From the NCBI RefSeq assembly GCF_009914755.1, contig NC_060933.1: 64,000 bases of DNA. The stretch is one strand, 5' to 3'. The position numbers and the translations under genes were made by a program. The notes below the pieces were generated by a model. It was not told where the DNA came from, ran no database searches, and was given only the letters and a program-made list of their open reading frames with translations. Shown here in pieces: positions 38,385 through 52,737 of the stretch. Positions within the stretch are counted from its first letter, which is position 1. Each line of letters starts with the position of its first letter. The DNA comes from the human T2T-CHM13v2.0 reference genome, Homo sapiens.

Positions 38385-38750
38385 ATGCTAGAATCATAGA
38401 GCTTTTGCTTAAGAATTGCTTACAATGTTTTTCAGATTCTGAATTCTAGCAGAACAGCTGACATCAACCAGTGTGAAAACCCTTATAGAAGAACTATATC
38501 AGCATGAGAATGTTTCTTCATCTCCCCTTCCCATGACTTTACCCTGAATTCATCAATCAATCAATGATCCCCACACCTCAGTCCACTCCAAACCCCTTAA
38601 CATCCCTAGCCCCAAACTCCTCAGGGAGGTGGATGTGCGGTTTCCTCCCATCTCATTAGGCTGCCCTATAATTATTTAATTTGTTCTCTGCTGCTCCCTG
38701 GTGTCTCAGCATATTGACTTGCTGTGCATTGGGCAGATGAATCTATTACA
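38385..38750 (+). mobile_element. ERV1 (MER4-group) solo LTR fragment, family uncertain
   Basis: ccccttaa..ccctagccccaaactcctcagggaggtggat..tttcctcccatctc..tgtctcagcatattgacttgctg..ttaca resembles a MER4-group R/U5 region. Confidence 0.65.
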
Positions 38751-38863
38751 AGAGTCCCACCAACTACTGTAGTATTATGACAACAGATCACCTTGGGATT
38801 TCAAAATACTGGGAAAAGTGAGAAAACTCTAAATCTTCTGGAGAGACAACCAGAGCCACATAA

Positions 38864-39493
<630 letters not shown>

Positions 39494-40723
39494 AGCAGGA
39501 ATCAGAATGGTACTGGGGTTTTCAAGAGCAAGACTAGAAGCCAGAAGAGTGATGCCTTCCAAGTGATTTCCAACCTAGCATTTTTAGCCCCCAACCCACA
39601 ATGTAAAAACATTTTACTTTCAGTAAAAGTGTGAAAGTAAGATAAACACATTTTCAGACATGCCAGTCTCAAAATATTAATTAAAACACCACTACTTTTT
39701 ATTGATTTTATTTTCAGGAAGCTGGTGGAGGTTGTGTGTCATCAAGCAAGAAAACATACCAGGAATGAGGAAGATGTAGGACACAGGAACAGGATATCCA
39801 TCAAAAACGAGAACTCCAGGGTTGATGGAGAAGAACCCTAGGTTGATGACAGCCCTATAGCTGGCCTAAGGAAACACCAGTCCATACTGGAAGAGAAAAG
39901 TTCTGGAAAAGATATGGAAAAGAAATCTATGGTAAAGGGAGAACTGAGTAGAATACCTGATAGATTTAAACAGAAATCTCTAGGAAGATAATCACCAAGA
40001 AAAACAGGAGTCACATAGATTACCTGATGTATTGGAACGTTTTGAGAAATGTATACTCAGGCTAAGAAGTTGAGGATGAGTAAATGACAGGTACATTACA
40101 CAATAGGAAATGAAAATTAAGGCAACTAGAAACTCCCAGGGAAACAAAATAGTGATCATGAAAGAAAAAAAAAACAAAGTACACTATTGCACTTGGTTGT
40201 TTATATAATCATGATATTGTAAAAACCGAACTTTGATTTAACCAAAAATTAAACTGTAGAGATAACTATATTGGGAGAGTGTGGAGAGGAAGTCTAAATA
40301 AAAGGAGTCAAAATTTATATTTAATGGTGAGAAGTTAATTGAGATCTAAAACTGAAAAAATTAGGAAATAGCAACGTAAACTTGTTGCTTCACAGTATGG
40401 ACATAAACATCAGAAGAAGGAACTAAAAGAGTTAAAATGTTTGCCATAGGAGTGGGAATGAGGGTGAGTGGGGCGGGTGACAAGACTACTTTGGTTTTGT
40501 GTTGTTGTAAAATCCATTCACTTTTAAAATTGTATTAAACTATGTTCATATGTTGATAAAAATTAAAGTTAAAATGTTTGTTGGAGGTCTCTGACTTTGA
40601 CGTTTAGGAAACAATGCTATCAGCATTTTTTAAAGTACTTGCTAAATACTTGCTCACATATGGCAAGTTTTAGGCACCAGAACAATGATTTATACTGCAT
40701 CCCTCCTGAGAAAATGTGGTTTG

Positions 40724-41550
40724 ACCACAATGAGATGTCACCTCACATGTGTTAGGAGGGTTTTATCAAGATGAAAAATAATAAGTGTTGGCCAGGATGT
40801 GGAGAAAAGGGAACCCTTGCACACTGTTGGTGGAAATGTAAATTAGTGCAACCATTATGGAAAACAGTCGGTGGCTCCTCAAAAAATTAAAAATAGAATG
40901 ACCATGTGATCCAGCAATCTCACTTGTGGATATGGGAAATGATATCAGTATGTCTAAGTATGCCCAAGAGATACCTCTACTCCTGTGTTCACTGAAGCGC
41001 TATTCACAATGGCCAAGATAAGGAATCAATCTAAGTGTCCATCAATGGAATGAATGGATAAAGAAAATGTGGTATTCAGCCTTAAAAAAATAAGGGAACC
41101 CCGTCATTTTCCAACTATATGGGTAAACCTGGAGGACATTATGTTAACTGAAATAAGCCAGGCACAAAAGACAATACCTCAAGATCTCACTCATATGTGG
41201 AATCTTAAAAAGTCAAACTCAGAGGAGCACCAGGGACTGGATGGGGGAGGGATGCTGGGAAGATGTTTGTTAAAGGATACAAAATTTTGGTGAGATAGGT
41301 GGAATGAGTTCAAGAGATCTATTGCACAACATGGCGACCCCATTTAATAACAATGTACTGCATTCTTGAAAATTGCTGAGAGTACATTTTAATTGTTCTC
41401 ACTGCGAAAAGAGAGCTAAGTATGTGAGGTAATGCATGTTAATTACTCTGATTTAGTTATTCCACAAGGTATACACACTTTAAAATGTGTTGTACATGAT
41501 AAATATATACAATTTTTATTTGCAAATTGAGAGTAAATAAGAAAGAAAAA
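40724..41550 (+). mobile_element. L1MA 3' end
   Basis: accacaatgagat..ggatgtggagaaaagggaaccct..ggataaagaaaatgtggta..ttcaagagatctattg.acaacatgg..taagtatgtgaggt. Confidence 0.88.
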
Positions 41551-41704
41551 TACGTTTTGATATACAGTATCAGTTTTGTTCAAAAAACAGCTGTAGAGCA
41601 CTTACTGTGTTCCTGTCACTGCAGAGAGGGCTGGGGATAGAAAGGTGAAAAAAGCTCCCTCTTTACCCCTGAAGATCCTAGAATCTGGTGGTGCAGGCAA
41701 AGAC

Positions 41705-41908
41705 CTGTGGTGAGCTCAGGCCTGGGGAGGAACCCACGGCATTGTGGGAGAAGCTCAGGGGCTGAGGAGGAGCCCACGGCACTGTGGGAGAAGCTTGGGG
41801 TCTAGGGAGGAGCCCTGGCATTGTAGGAGGAGCTCGAGGCCGGGAGGATACCATGGCATTGTGGGAGAAGCTAAGTGCTGGGAGGAGCCCACAGCACTGT
41901 GGGCGAGG
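41705..41908. repeat. Degenerate GC-rich minisatellite, about 37-40 bp x 5
   Basis: Recurring ggaggagcccacggcaYtgtgggagaagct. Confidence 0.85.
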
Positions 41909-44779
41909 ACACAGGACAGTCTAAGGTGGTCATTTTGATGTAAGTATTTCAGGTGCTTTCTAAGCAATGCACATTATTAACATTACCCTAGTGAGACACA
42001 CTTTTGCTGCCTGCGTTATTTCAGATCTGCACATAGTTTTATTCATATGTAATGCTTATATAACAAAAAATACAACAGTTTTTTTAAATGTCTGTTAAAG
42101 CTGAAGGTGTTATTTGCCCCTCCAAAATTTCATTTTCAGCAATATAAATTCTATCAAATACAGAGAGAATCGTTAGACATGTGATTGCACTCTAAGCTGA
42201 GAATAAAGGATTGCATCATGACCCAAATATTTGTTAGAACCACAGCAGCTAACATGGTATGTAATATGTTCAACATATCCAGTCAAAATGACAACTCCTC
42301 TGGATTCAAAAAGAAACCAAGTGGTCATGGGTCACCTGGAGTATTATCTGCTCAGTACATTCCTCACAGGGCCTTGCCATAGGGCCTAGCCTTGGCGGGA
42401 GGGCGCCACACACAATCCAGGCCCATGGAGTCCTCCCCTGGGATCAGAGGTGGAGGAGTAGCCCTCTCTTTTCCTTTGGAACACAAGTTGTACAGATGTC
42501 ATGTCAGAGCATTTTCCTCCATGTCCCCTGCAGCAGCAGGAAGCTTAGATAATAACATTAATAATTTACGACAGGCCAGGCCCTGTACTAAGGATTTCCC
42601 CTGTATTAAATTACTTAATCCTTACAGCAACCTTTAGAGGCAGGTTCTAATGAGATCCCCATTAAACAGATGCACAAACTGAGGCACAAAGACACAGCTT
42701 GTAACTGGTGGAACCAGATTTCCAAATCCAAGCTCTCTATCAATACAGAGAACAGAAGCCAGAAATGAGGACACGCGACTTGAGTCACTTTCAATGGAGA
42801 AAATTCTCACTGGTTCGCAGCCCTGACTGATATACACATCCTGTCTAAAACATAAGCTAAGAACTCTTCTCAACTTCCTTGTTAATTGGAAGAAAATGGG
42901 TATTACTGATGTCACTGGTGCCAAAAATCAGAGAGGCTGAGGTGCAGAATGTTGAACATCAAGTGTGAAATAGGGAATTGGGCACCCAAGAACACACTTG
43001 GGCCACCTCCCTCACTCTGGGTGAGGGCATATCTGTATGGGATGCAGCTACTGCCAAGGATGGCAGACAGAAAGAACGAACCTGGGTTCCCAAGGCTGTC
43101 ATTTGAGATGTGAAATTAACCAGCCTCAGAGCCATCCATCTGGACTTATGCTTGTATTCGATGTTTTCTTGTCATTTGGAGTTGGGGGTTTATATTAGCT
43201 GTAGCCAAAAACATCCTGATACTCCTGTATTAGGAGCTTATACTGTATAAGGAATATATAGTTTACAGAAAACCATATATGTGTGTATACACACACATAT
43301 AGATTCATTTCAAGCCCTGAAAACTCAGTTTCTTCCTCTGAGAAAAATGGGCCCAAAATACCCATTATTAGATTGGTTATGAAAGAAAGGGGTGTGTGTA
43401 GTACATGAAACAGTTCAGACTCAGTCCATAGCAGGTCATGTTATAGGTAAGAATACACTGCCATCCCTGATCTGTGTAACCCATTTAAGCTAACATAGGT
43501 GCACAATGCATTCAACTTGAGGAAAGCAAATACTAGTGTAATATTTGGTTCTGTGACAAGTGCGGGGGGTGAGGGGCATGAGGATTGAGGTCAGAAGGGT
43601 CCCCTGCTGGCACTCAACTCATTGCACCACGCAGCACACCTCAACATCAAGCCCTCGCTCGAAATGATGGTTTCTATCAAGTGTGAGAGAATAGTCACAA
43701 GATTTATTTCTGGAGAACTAAACAATTATAAACTTGAGGTTTACCATGAATCAAGTGTACACACACCACATTTTCTTCCAGATGGGCTATGCAGCTAGAA
43801 CCCAAATTGGGAAGGCCCAGAAAGTTGCTAATCCTAGTCCAGACCCCAGCCCAGGTGGGAATGCCTTGCAAGCAAAGTCTCTGGTGTAATTAGCAAATGT
43901 CACAAAGGGGTGGGATCTGGTTCCTTTGTATTTATTTCATCAGACAGGCTGAAACGGGAATAGGAAATGAAAAACACACTTTCAATTCAACCTCAGAGGG
44001 TCCCCTACTTTCTGACTAAGGCACATTCCTTGGAGGAGGCTGGAGAAGAGGCACCGCTGCTCACAGCAGCCCAGTGTATTCATCTCTGCTTTGATACCGT
44101 TCAAAAAAATAAGCAACTTCAACTTTTGAATGGAATAATTTTCTCTGATGATTTGGCCTGTGGGACTACGGATTCATACACGTGGCTCTAGAAAAGGCCT
44201 AGAGTTTACCCTATGGCTTCTTTGGGGACTTTCCATCCATACACCAGGTGGCTTGGTGGGGCTGTCAGTCACAGTCCCTCCTCTACCAGGGAGCAGATCC
44301 AGGTCCCACATGGGGCAGAACACCCCAGGCCCGGGTTTACTTCAGGGGTGGGTGAGCAGCTGAAGCTGAACTCTCCAGGGCTCTTCTGGAGAGCAGAGGT
44401 TGATACTGGTGACTCCAAGATGTATTTTGTCAGGACTGCATAGCATTTCCCAAAGCAGAAACTTTTGTTTTAAAAAATCCAGCTTTCTGGCTTTTCTTGA
44501 GAGCTGGAGGTTCTGACAACAGTGGACTACATCTCTGGAATGCTGTGACTGGGCCACAGAATCTGCACTTGTCACAGCACCCAGACACATTTCTACTTCC
44601 CGTGGAGCCCTGTGACCTGCTCTGCAGAGCCAACTGGGGAGACTGCCCTTGGCCTGGAGTCGCTGGGCAAGGAGGCTGTCCAGCAGGGGCTTCCAGGCAC
44701 TGCCTTTCTCCCTGCAGGAAGCAGTAGGAGAAAATGGAATAAGTTCAGAGGATGCAGGTCTCAGAACTGAGTTGGAGCA

Positions 44780-44948
44780 GGGCTTAGGGACTCAGCTGGG
44801 CTTTGCCGCTTTCTAGCTGTGACTCTTGCTTCTCAAATTCTCCATCTGCAAAATGGCCTGAGGATAGAACCTGTGTCATGAGTTGGTGAGGGTTAGATGC
44901 AGGGACTTGTGTGATCTGTGCCCCATGCTCAATACATATTAGCTTCCA
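44780..44948 (+). mobile_element. MIR
   Basis: ctagctgtgac..ctccatctgcaaaatgg..ggataga..gttggtgaggg..gctcaatacatattagct. Confidence 0.6.
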
Positions 44949-45103
44949 CTGTTACCACTTGAGTCCCTGAGCCATCCCCGAACTGCCCAGCTACAGAAGC
45001 CCAGAAAGGTCCTTTTCTGTTTAAGCTAGTGTAGGGCCTTCTGCCACTCACAAGTTTAATAGCCATCAACACAACCTACAAATCTTTTTCTCCAAAAATT
45101 GCT

Positions 45104-45402
45104 GGCCAGGCACAATGGCTCACAGCTGTAATCCCTGTGCTTTGGGAGGCCGAGGCAGGAGGATCACTTGAGGCCAGGTGTTTGAGACCAGCCTGGGCAG
45201 CAGAGCAAGACCCTATCTCTACAAATAATAATAAGATAAAACAAGTAGCCAAGGGTGGTGGCATGTGCCTATAGTTCTAGCCGCTTGGGAGGCTAAGGTG
45301 GAAGGATCACTTGAGCCTAGGAGTTGGGGGCTGCAGTGAGCTATGATTGTGCCACTGTACTCCAGCCTGGGTGACAGTTGAGACCCTGTCTCTTTAAAAA
45401 AA
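45104..45402 (+). mobile_element. AluJ
   Basis: Full dimer; TSD aaaaattgct / aaaaatgct. Confidence 0.92.
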
Positions 45403-46927
45403 ATGCTGTTATTAAGCTTCCTAGGAAGGGAGACAACTTGTAGCCGCTTATTGAAAAGACCCCAGAGGGCTATGGCTTCACATTCGTGGATAGGATTTGA
45501 GGATCCAAACACCTGATAAGTCTCTGTCCCTCCTTTTCTCACGAGAGCCTGACAGATGACCCATGTGATTTCAATTTGTTCTTACACAAGCAAGGAGCAA
45601 ATACTACACTTTTTTTCTCTTAAAAGCAACCTGTAAAACAAAGGTGCTGGGAGGACGCAACTGAAAAGAATGTTTGCACCCGGCTGTCAGGGGTTGTGTT
45701 TCTCGGCAGGCAGCCCTGTTTTCTGTTGCAAGCGCTATTGGTTCTATGCATCAGCAGAATCCATTTCAGGGTGCAGACTCCTGGCAAATCCTCGTGGCAT
45801 TTGGGGCTTTCTGCCATTGGGAGTGACTGTGTGTATAGGAGTCCCTCCTCCCCAACGTGTGACTGAGCGCCAAAGCCCGCCATGGGTGCATTTGCAACTT
45901 CTCAAAGGAAGTAAAGACAGCCCTTAAAAGGAACCAGTGCTTGTTCTTGGGATGTTTACAGTGAAGTAACCCCTATGTCATTTTCCCTCGCAGGGAGGTC
46001 TTTCCTTGATTGCTAATAGTCTGTGTACTTTAGCCATGTGTGGCGCAGCCCATGGCCGCGGCCCGAGCAGCCAGGCCCCCTCCGCCCCGCAGCTTTCTTT
46101 CAACTGCACAGAACACAGCGAGGCTGTGCCGGCCTGGCCCACCCAGGGAGCCGCCACAGAGTTCTCATGCAGGGGACCTCCCGGCAGTCTCCCCTCTCCC
46201 TGACCAGCCAAGGCCCGCCGTTCCCCTCGGAAATGGCTCAGCGGCCCTCCTGACCTCCTGCTCAGGACACCTTCTTGCACCTTCCACCCCAGGTCTGCGG
46301 CATGGCCACTGTACAAATCCTTCCCAAGCCTCTTCTAAGCAAGTGGTTCTCTCTTGAAGAGCTCAGGGGAGGCCCAGGGAAGATAGTGGGCAAAGGGGTG
46401 GTCACCAGAGAGAGTGGTCTTTAACCTCGCCGCCCCACCAAATGGCACTGGCCCCTCCAAGAAAGGTGCCCTGGGGAGCTGAAGATCTCTTGGAGGGATT
46501 GGAAAACACCCTGGAGGCCTGTGTGGCAGCCTGGAGCTGAGGGACAAAGTTGGGAAGGAGGGGCGGGCAGGCATGGGCCAAGCAAGCTGGTCTGGCTCTA
46601 AGGACTATGGGGGATGAGATTTACATTTCACTCAGGAAATGGAAAGTGGGTGAAGGAGGAGCAAGAATGGGAGCAGGAAGTCTCTGGAGGACCTCCAGGA
46701 AGAGAATAGGCACACGGATGAGGGTGTTGGTCCTGCCATGTTCCAGGAGCTGGTCTGATCGCTGCCCTCTTGGCGCTTACATTCTAGAGGGGCTGAAAAA
46801 CCATAAATCAATAAAGAATACAGAAAAATTTCAAGTTGCAATAAGTTCTGTGTATAAAAACTAGTCAGAGTGAGGGGTAAGGTGAAGGCAAATGCTCCTT
46901 CTGTGGCCAAGTCTCAGCAGCATAAGT

Positions 46928-47085
46928 CAGTGCTTCCCAAAGTGGCCTGGTGATAAGGTCTATGGAAACTCAGATTCTGGGGCTCTGACTCACCAAATCA
47001 GCAGGTGCCTGAGGGGACCGGGCAGTGTGGACACTTATCAAGTGTCCCAGGTGAGTCTTGTCATCAGATAAGTTTGGGAAACAGA
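46928..47085. mobile_element. MER5-family hAT MITE
   Basis: cagtgcttcccaaa ... ccaggtgagtctt..aagtttgggaaaca TIR-like ends. Confidence 0.55.
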
Positions 47086-47099
47086 GACACGAGGACCAT

Positions 47100-47265
47100 G
47101 CTCAGATAGATCTGAGCTTTAACGTAGCTCCTCCTCACTCTCCTAAGCCTCGCCTTCCTCACCTGTGAAATGGGAATCCTAACAGCGCTAGCCTCAAAGG
47201 GTTGTCAATGAAGATTAAGGATAAGAGGTAGATAAGCCATTTTGCAGAGTGCCTAGCCCACAATA
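47100..47265 (+). mobile_element. MIR
   Basis: ctaagcctcgccttcctcacctgtgaaatgggaa..cctcaaagggttgt..gaagattaa..agtgcctagc. Confidence 0.65.
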
Positions 47266-49781
47266 GGGGTGGTAAAATTTGGAGAAAGGGTTCTCTACAG
47301 CATGACTGGTAATACTTGATTACATTTCATCAAGTTGATGAGTCTACACTAAAGACCACTACATATGTTTCACACCTTGGAGTCAAAGTCTCTCTTTCCC
47401 TTGCTCCCCAAGCTAAATCAAGTGACACTGATCCCACATCTAAATAGTTCTTCATCACATGGCTCATACTCCAGCCTAAGCCATCTTCATCCCACCCTAC
47501 CCTCCCTGGCCACCTCCAAGCCATCCATTCTCTAAACCATAGCCCTGCTGTTGTTTCTCGTTGGATTGGATTACTCTCTCCCTTAGTTTAACAGCTTTCC
47601 CATTGCCAACATCATCCTCATGGCTCACCAAAGCTCACCTTGATCTGTCTCCAGCTTCACCACGAAAATCCTATCCCGGGAGTTCTCAGTTGCGACTTAA
47701 ACATGACTTATTTGGGAAGCCTTTGATCCCCCTCGGATATGTTCCCATTGCAACCTTCTGTAAAACCCATCAGACTTGCAATGAATTTTCTATTGTCTGG
47801 CTTCTCCATGAAATGGGAAGCTCCATGAAAGCTAGGGTAGGTCCTGTCCTCTTAGAGACATGGTGGTGTATTGGGATTAAATTAGATAATAAGGGAGGCC
47901 TAGCATGGTAGGTAAATCATTAAGGTTGCGGTAATGCAGAGATGCAGACTCAAGTCGAGCTGTTAATTACCAGACTTCCATATGCATGGTCAGTGCTAAG
48001 AGATATCTATTTTTTTTAATTTGTTCAGGGAGAAGTGATGGTAATTGATGCATGGTGATTGATCTATAATGTCAGGCTACATCTACAGCCACATCTACAG
48101 AGACAGCGATAGAGCCAACCTGTACCCTTCACGCTTGGGTGTCAGGTGTCCTGGGTGGAGCAGTGAGGGAGAGGAGGATGTGCTCAAATTCCCACAAACA
48201 ACCAACAGAAGTTTCACCATTAAGAAAAGTGGGCTACGATTATCTGCAAATCACTCTTCTAAAAGACCAAAATGGAGCAGGCTGTCACCCTGGTACTTAC
48301 CTTTTGCCCTCATACTACTGCCTGGTCAATGTACTTGCTCAAAATGGGCCACTGGTATCAGGAACAAAGCCCATCACAAAGTAGTTTATGTGAATAAGCA
48401 TAGGAATCCCTGGGGACTGTGTTAAAATGCAGATTATAATGCAGATGATCTGCAGTGGGCCTCAGGCTCTGCATACACAGTTTGGGGTTGAGTGTGGGGT
48501 TTCCAGGGTTAGCCAGCTTGTGATGCAGTGGGAGGGACTGGGACCCCGGAAATAGGGCTTATTTCATCTATAAAACTTTTCTCCACTTCCTATCTCCAGG
48601 TCTTCACAACTGTGGGGTCAGCCACCCTCACCTCAACCAGGACTGGTAAAAATAGGCTCACATCCTGCTCAGCTTTGATCCAGTCTCCACGCCTCCTGAG
48701 ATCGAAATGATGTTTCCAAACTTTATTAGCTTTCCATAGCCTTCCAGACTCTCCTGTTGTTGATTTTTACAAAGAAAATAAGCAAACAACTGGAAGAAAG
48801 GGAGCTGGTTTACATGGATAATTCTCTTCTGTTAGCTTTAAAATTGTGGTGGAATTTCTGCTTTAGCTCAAAATACCTGCTGACCTTATTCTCCAATTTC
48901 AGTGCTGGAAGCAGACCCTTTGCCATGCAATCCCCACATTTGGTGAACGTGTAGAATTGTAGGCCAAGATGTTTGTGTTTATGTCCCAAACCCAGAATAA
49001 ATAAATAGCTACATGGTATTGAAATCACCTGTCAAAATACCCACTGCAGTTCTGGGCACAAAGAGAAGTCTCTTGGTGTGATTGGCTTACTTGCTTGAAG
49101 AATTCAAAGGCTGTTTATCTCATTTAGTTTTCTTTTTTTTTTTGTAAGACCTATAATTACTGCATTTTGACCCTAAGGCAGCCAATTACTTCACAAAAGC
49201 CCGCTCCAGGAAACCAGACATTAGCCTGACTAATTAGGCTGACATCACTCACAAACTGCTCTCATCACAATGCAGATGGACCCAGCCCCAGAAGGTCCTG
49301 CCCGTCAGAGGTGACTGCGGGTGGCATTGCGTTGTGTGTTGTGTTTTGTTTTTTACTACTTACTTTTATGTGTTCCTTGAAGCCCAGTCCTTCTCCCAGA
49401 GTCAGACTCTCATCAAAAAGAAGGGGCTCTGGGACAAACGGGTCTCCTTTATTGCGGGAGAAGGAGGAAGCTGGAAAAAAGAAATAAGAAAGGAAAGCAG
49501 CGGAGGTTGTAAATTCTTTCTAACATAGGAAATCATTCTTTGCCCGTTAGGAAAAGGGTTTGTTGTTTCAGCCGCTCAGGCCCATTTCCTTGCCCCTTTT
49601 GTCCTTGCACATCTTGGGGGTTAACTTCTGTTTGGGTTCTGCGAGGCTGAGCAAATTAAGGGGGGGAAATGTCCCAAGCATGTAGAATTCCCTCCCTCTA
49701 AAGAATAAGACGCCTCCTGAAGGGGTCCTGTCAGGTGGGTTACAAAGTCATCAGACCCCTTCTACCCACAGAGAAGTGGAT

Positions 49782-49910
49782 AGAAAGGTGGCACGTGGGG
49801 TCTGAATAGGAAGATGGCGCATGGGGTCTGGGTAGGAAGACGGTACATGGGTCTGGGTTAGAAGATGGCATGTGGAGTCTGGGCTGGAAGATGGTGCATG
49901 AGGTCTGGCT
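49782..49910. repeat. Degenerate minisatellite, about 26 bp x 5
   Basis: Recurring gaagatggYRYRtggggtctgggta. Confidence 0.85.
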
Positions 49911-50238
49911 GCTTAGCATTCAGCCAAGCCAGAGATCACCAGCCTGGAGGTCAAAATCTCCCTTGATCTTTAAGTCCAGGATGTTCCAGCAATTGAAACA
50001 ACAGTCTACAGATAGAGAGGTTTTCCAGGCAGAAGGGGAATGGGTGACTCTCTTCCAGGAGGGCAGACTAGAGGGATCCCCTTGACAACACACCACAGGA
50101 TGCCTTGGAAGACCAAATGATGGTGATTTGGTTTGGGTGGGTCTCAGAAAGCAGGATGTGGCCCCAGTCAGCTCAAGTCAGCTTTCCATAGGGGTCCAAA
50201 TGGCCTGGGCAGTCAACTCTTTGGACTCAGACCTTACG

Positions 50239-50698
50239 GTATTAAAAAATTATTCTCACACTTGGTAAAATATAAGGAAGACTTGATTCAGGATGATTTC
50301 TGTAGATGTCAAGACTATCAAATGGGGGAAAGAGATGGGGCACAACTCCGAAGGCAAGGAAGAGAGCTAGGGATTTACAGCTGATGAGCAGAGTGAGAGG
50401 TCAGTGGTTGGAAAAGTACTAAGAGAATTGTTGCTATGCTGACTTAACAGGATTCTTGCTGAAGGCAGGCAAGGGCGATCAGATGCCAAAGGTAGGGGAT
50501 GAGGAATTTGAGCAGTTATCAAATTCCTTAAGAATGATCAGGCATCGAGGGTGGTAGAATTCTCTCCAAACTGACTTAGCAGGATCATTGCAACAACTGG
50601 GCAAGGCAGGTTGAAGGCAGGACTCAAGGATGAGGCCTCACTGAGAAGAGGGATCAGGGAGCCCAGCTAAAGTATGGTCAAGGAGAGAGCCTATGTCA
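50239..50698 (-). mobile_element. MER31 (A/B) solo LTR (ERV1)
   Basis: Reverse complement starts tgacataggctctctccttgacca.actttag..; two copies of ctgacttaRcaggat. Confidence 0.82.
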
Positions 50699-50947
50699 GT
50701 GGAAAGTTGCAAAGCAAAAGGCACAAGAAGCACCTGGACCCTTTGCTTCATGGTTTTAAAACAAGGACCAGAAACAGAACGAAGCAGCCCTGAGCCGGGA
50801 GGGGTGGGTGTCTTTGGTGTGCATGTGGCTGGGCAGGGGTGCTGCTGGCCTCAGGATGGCTCAGTGGCTCTGGCACCGTGGCCCACTAGAACACAGTGGA
50901 AGGCATAACACAGCAGGGGAGGCACAGGCCTGTGGGCTCCCGAGGCC

Positions 50948-50949
<2 letters not shown>

Positions 50950-50979
<30 letters not shown>
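50950..50979. repeat. (CT)n microsatellite
   Basis: About 15 perfect CT units. Confidence 0.95.
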
Positions 50980-50981
<2 letters not shown>

Positions 50982-51008
50982 CCCCCTACAGATGAAAAAG
51001 TCAAGATA

Positions 51009-51277
<269 letters not shown>

Positions 51278-51666
51278 TCAAGACATTCTGTGAGGAAACT
51301 CAAAGCACTCAAAGCAGCCAACAGCATTTGTTGCTGAACCAGCCGTGAAAAGACGGAAAAGCTTACTCAACTCTACCTTGTATGGCAGTTTGAGAATCCC
51401 AGAGGCAAGTTCCCAGAAATGTACAGAAAAAGCCAAGAGCAATGCTTCCTATGCATTCTTGTTCAATGGTGTCTTAGAGGGATGAATAACTATAAAATGG
51501 TGATTCCAACACTTTGAAGGACCATCTTAAAGGCAAACTACCTAATAAAATTCATGTTGCATGGTTTGGCGTTTCAGCAGATCGCAGTCTTTCTCACCGA
51601 GTTAACCATTTTCTCAGGGTGAGTGGGCTGAGCCCCGCAGGGCTTACAAACGTGCATGTGTATGGT

Positions 51667-51703
51667 GTCTGTGTGCGTGTGTGCATGTGTGTGTGTGTGT
51701 GCG
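51667..51703. repeat. (TG)n imperfect microsatellite
   Basis: tgtctgtgtgcgtgtgtgcatgtgtgtgtgtgtgtgcgt. Confidence 0.85.
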
Positions 51704-52737
51704 TAACAGAGAGAATTTTTTAAAAGAGGTAACTGTGACTCTAGAAGTAGAAAATGGACTTGTGCCAAATATTTTTTTTAATTAATTCGAGAACAAGGAA
51801 GATGTTAGAACTGGTTCAAAGGAAAAACCAAAGAACAGAGACGTACATAAACCACAGATGCAAGTAGCTCCTTCCACAATGCAGGAGGGAAATCCAGTTA
51901 TCATTTTGGTCCATTTCACAGTCTTTCACAATTTTCCCTCCTTTGCAGTAAACACATGTGCACACACACACACACGGGCACACTCTCCCACCTCCATGCC
52001 TTTGTTCATGTTGGTTACTTTTGAACAAAATCACTCTCTCCTGTCTTCTCTGCAAGTCCAAATATGACGTGCCCGATCTACCCCTAACAAGCCAGCATCT
52101 CTAAGGGTGGGACCCAGTACTCTGCATTTCCGACATGCTTCCCTGGGTGCATCTCCGATGCAAAGCCTTTGGAAACCCAAAGTAAGGAATGCAAGTTCAG
52201 CCCCTCGGGGTTCAGGAAAGGGAGACTTTCACATGCACTGGAGTTATGAGGAAATGCTTCCTACAGGAGGCGGGTTCCAGACTGGAGCTTGAATGACGGG
52301 CAGGATTTGGAGAAGAGAGGCGAAGGCATTTTAGGGAGTTGGAAGGCATGGAAGGAAGGGCAGGGGAGTCAGGATCTGCCTGGGGAAGCCAAGTTTCCAC
52401 CCCAAGCATGAAGGAAGAAGGGAACATTGGGCGAGTGCGGCAGACACAGGCCACAGAGGACCAAAGGGTGGACAGGAGGGTTGGACCCAGGCCAGAGGTA
52501 GTGCACATTTTTTTAGCAGGGGATTAAAATGAGAACAGCAATGGTTTTTAAAAGGCTTTTGGGGAAATCGTATACAGCAGAGGATCTGCTCCCTGAGGAC
52601 AAGCAGGCAGGAAAACATACTTGACTCCTGAACGTGCCCCTTCAATTTAGTCTGGGCCTTGTGACTTATAAAAGGCAGGTTAAGGAGGGTGATGCTCATT
52701 CACAGAACAAGAAGCAGCCAATTTCCTTAAGCGGAAC

